In this document: positions 34,527 through 38,373 of the stretch, piece after piece
Layout: the number at the start of each line of letters is the position of its first letter
Position numbering within the stretch: position 1 is the first letter of the stretch
Assembly: GCF_001194135.2 (NCBI RefSeq)
Contig: NC_068996.1
Span: forward strand, 43,801,399 to 43,839,771
DNA length: 38,373 nt
Origin: Octopus bimaculoides
Lineage: Eukaryota
Direction of reading: 5' to 3'
The notes under the pieces: model-generated
Seen by the model: the letters and a program-made list of their open reading frames with translations, nothing else
Told to the model about the DNA's origin: nothing
The model's database searches: none
Translations under genes and position numbers: made by a program

Positions 34527-35654
34527 GAATGAGGAAAACAGGAAATGAGTTTTGCAAGGATCTTTATTCAGCACAACAATCGTTTCAACCCATCCTGCAT
34601 CTGTCCCTTACAGTTGGGATATAATACATACATCTAGTTGTGTTGCATCTATCAATGTAGGTAGTATCTCATCCGGTGTCTGATGTGAATAAGATACATT
34701 ACTATGTATACTGAGATTCTCTTGGCATGTTGTTGTTGCCCATAGAGTGCTTATAAACTCAATTAACACTGCAGAGTTCCTGATGTAGATCCAGTGACAA
34801 TTATATCTTAACTGTGAGTGACATCAGGTAGCCTAAACAGTGGAAGTGCTTTGATCGGCATGTTACTAAACATACACTCAAAGTCCAAATAATTACCTAT
34901 ATATATAAATATATACACACACACACACACATGATAGGTGTATACATATATATAAACTCGCACGGACACACACATATATATATAATCACTCAGTGATTGA
35001 TAAGCCCTAAAAGAAGTACATTCTAAATTTTAGAGCAGTGATAATTAATAGAGTTGTTCATTATGGCAGGTCAGGGAGTTACTATTGGTTTTGCACCTAT
35101 ACTGCTAAGATTTCTATACTTGTGAAAACAATGTTGATTCCCAGACTGGCCATAACCAACAAAAATATTATTAATACAAAATATATATAAACATATATAC
35201 AGTATATATAAATATACATACATCTATATAAACACACACACGCACACGCATATATGTGTGTGTGTGTATGTGCATACATGTTTGTGTGTTGGCATTTCTA
35301 TCTTCATTGCCAAAGTATATTGGTGGAAGATTTCAAAAACCAATGCTCTTTGAACAAAATCCTTTTGTGGCAGTTTTTTTGTTCTGCAAAAATGCAGTGA
35401 ACCAGTGATTGACCACTTTCAGACATATAACCAATAATGTTATGGCTTACCAATTCCAATATACAGAAAGAAAGACTAAGATGGGATCTCATACCAGATT
35501 TCCAATACACTATTTCTCTACAAAAACAAATACTGGACATTGATTACCAAATAAAAACAGAGAATAGAGAAATAAGCAAATAGAAACCTGTTGGGTTTAT
35601 TATTAGTTTCCACATTGCTACATAAAATGATATTACTATATGCAAATTATATGG

Positions 35655-35878
35655 AATGAACTGGCAGAATCATTAACATAGCAGACAAAATGCTTCGCAA
35701 CATTTTCCCTCCAGCTTTACATTCTGAGTTCAAATTTCACTTATGTCAACTTCGCCTTTCATCCTTTGAAGGGTCAAAAAAAATAAGTATCAGTTAAGCA
35801 GGGGGGATGGGGTCGATGTAATTGACTAGCCCCTAATTCCCACTAAATTTCAGGCCTTGTTCTTATATTAGGAAGATT
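35655..35878 (+). mobile_element. Family-B SINE
   Basis: AACTGGCAGAATCATTAAC...TTCTGAGTTCAAATT...TTTCAGGCCTTG. Confidence 0.78.
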
Positions 35879-36810
35879 TATATGTGCGCTGTACCATTAG
35901 CATGAAGGAAGTATTTTGCAAATTGCCTTTTGGAGGTTAATATTACTTTCAAATATAGTGAACAAGTGATGTTGGGTTACAGATATCTCATTGATCCTAG
36001 TTCATAGGAATAAGTGCCAAATATTCTGGAAAGGTAACTAGCAATATACTGGACTAATCCAAATTGAGATTTTGATCTTTTACCTTCCGGGATTTTTTTT
36101 TTTAATCTTTTTTTTCCTTTGGATCTCTGCTTTTAACTTTTGGATTATCTCCTAGTTATACAGATATCTGAAAAAAAAATCAGCTCTCTTCAATGTGTGT
36201 GTGTGTGTGCGTGTGTGTGTGTGTGTGCGTGTGTGTGTGTGTGTGCACGTGTGTGTGTGTGCGTGTGTGGCTATAGCTAGCTATTGGTGTGTATATATGA
36301 GAATAATTCAAAAATCAATGTAAGTTTTATTTGTATTACTTTTTGACTTATCTCTGTATATATGAGGCTAAGATAAAAAGTAATGTTAATAAACCTTGCA
36401 TTACTTTCTGACTCTGCTGTGTGCATGTTTTGTGTGTCCCTTGAGAGTCCTCACCACCACTATTTTATCTCCCCTTATCAATGTCAACCCAATTACTCCC
36501 CACCATCATTTTGCTATAATGCAAAACCCTGTTTTGTTCTGGTTCTTTCTTTCATACTTTATCATCTCATCTCCTAGCACAAAGCCACCTACTGTAGTCA
36601 CCAATTAGTCAAAGTATTATCTTAGTCTTGCAAGCTGCATGGTGACCTCACAAGTGCACTGACCACTGAAAAGAAAAAAAAAAGCACCCAGCACACTTTA
36701 CTAGAAAGTGATTGGCATTAGAAAGGGTATCTAGCCATAGAAACCCTACCAAAGCACACACTGGAATATGTTGCATACCAGCATAGAAGATCTTTTATTT
36801 TTTTTTTTTT

Positions 36811-37014
36811 TTACCTTTTACTTGTTTCAGTCATTAGACTACAGCCATACTCGGGCACTGTCTTGAAGAATTTCTAGTTAAATAAATCAGAACTGATACA
36901 TTTTTTTTCTTAAACCTAGTTCTTATTTTATTGGTCTATTTTGCTGTACTGTTGAGTTACAAAAACATAAACACACCAACACACATTGTCAAGCGGTGGT
37001 GACAAATGCAACAC

Positions 37015-37055
<41 letters not shown>

Positions 37056-37214
37056 AACACACACACACATATATTTGATAGGCTTCTTTCAGTTTCTGTC
37101 TGCCAAATCCACTCACTAGGCCTTGGCCAGCTGGTGGCTATAGTAGAAAACACTTGTTATTCTGTAGGACTGAACCTAGAACCATGTGGTTGAGAAGCAA
37201 GCTTCTTACCATGC
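36811..37214 (-). mobile_element. Family-A SINE, antisense
   Basis: Tail, (CA)n and head GGCTTCTTTCAGTTTC...AGAACCATGTGGTTG. Confidence 0.78.
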
Positions 37215-37690
37215 AGATCAACATTAAAAGATGATAATGATGTTGATGTTGATGTTGATGATGATATACATTTTCAAATGGTTTCTAGTGGTGGTGGTCA
37301 GTGTTCCAGTCAAACCAAGAGATCTATGCTCCCCTTGGGTTTTCAAATTGCTGATACTGCTTAACTGTTGCAATCCTGACAGAAGAATAACAGTTCTTTT
37401 TTTTTGTTTTTGTGATGTGTGGGATTTGAACTCACTGAATGCACAAAGCTGGAGTAAATACCGAAAGGTACCCAATTTTTAACACTCAAGTAATTTCGCC
37501 AGTCCACCAGTCCACTACTCTGGACTGACACTTTTTTTTTTCTCTTCAATTCCCAAAAGGATAAAAGACAAAGTTGACCATGAAAGGTTTTTGAATTAAA
37601 AACACAAATGAAGTGGAACAAATACCACCAGGCATTTTATCCCAAACTCAAATGACTTTACCAAATCCCACCTCCTTTCTCTTTAAGTGG

Positions 37691-37900
37691 TATCTTTTAT
37701 CTTTTACTCGTTACACTTATTGGACTGTGGCCATGCTGGAGCACTGCTTTGAAGGGTTTAATCAAACAAATCAACTCCAGTATTTATTATTTGTGAGTCT
37801 GGTACTTACTTAATTAGTCTCTTTTGCTGAATTGCTAAGTAACATAACAAATTGCTAAGTAACATAAACAAACCAACATCAGTTGTGGATTGGAGAGTGG
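37691..37900 (-). mobile_element. Family-A SINE tail fragment
   Basis: GACTGTGGCCATGCTGGAGCACTGC...ACCAACATCAGTTG, with an internal tandem duplication of about 20 bp. Confidence 0.7.
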
Positions 37901-38184
37901 GGGAAGATGCAAAACATAAAGACTAACACAAACAGACAAAAAAAGCAAGGGAGATAACCCCAATTGCATCAGTTGCTTGAATATTAGGAGCAATATTAGA
38001 GTAAATTTATTCTATGAAACTAATTGGTGGAAATGACAGACATGTTTCTCCTTATTAGATTTTACATGTTACAACCACCCTACCATATATGTGCATTTAG
38101 TATGCATACTTACCCCATGGAGGGATTTTCTCTCAGTGACATTATTGATGTTTATAATCAGGATCCCTATGTATTCCCATTTTG

Positions 38185-38312
38185 TGTGTGTGTGAGTGTG
38201 TGTATATATGTATATGTATGTATATATATTTGTGTATATATGTGTGCATGTATGTTTGTGTATATATATATGTGTGTGTGTGTGTACATATACATGTGTG
38301 TGTATATATCTA

Positions 38313-38373
<61 letters not shown>
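38185..38373. repeat. (TG)n/(TA)n microsatellite
   Basis: Direct reading. Confidence 0.92.

Overview
AT-rich, microsatellite-dense animal genomic DNA with seven N gaps. The SINE, microsatellite and transposon content points to an octopus (coleoid cephalopod); this is an inference. The only supported host gene is a + strand TRPC-family (canonical transient receptor potential) cation channel. Three internal coding exons are visible (16080-16524, 25687-25882, 29429-29641). They splice in frame through GT-AG introns and encode S2-S5, the pore, S6 and the TRP box. The remaining exons lie outside the window or in gaps. Everything else is intronic: several tRNA-derived SINE families, remnants of mariner and maT (DD37D) transposases, two RLE-type non-LTR retrotransposon 3' ends (Hero-like and R4/Dong-like), an L1/Tx1-like endonuclease remnant, piggyBac-like and Tc1/pogo-like MITEs, foldback hairpins and simple repeats. 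The most notable observations are: (1) the filter position that is Gly in canonical TRPCs is a Ser codon (AGC) in a UAG context, one A-to-I edit from Gly; (2) the exons are bracketed by inverted SINEs and foldbacks that could form dsRNA; (3) a Hero-like element sits in a tRNA-like target with a 57-bp duplication; (4) a SINE inserted at the edge of a splice donor. All repeat boundaries were read by eye and are approximate.
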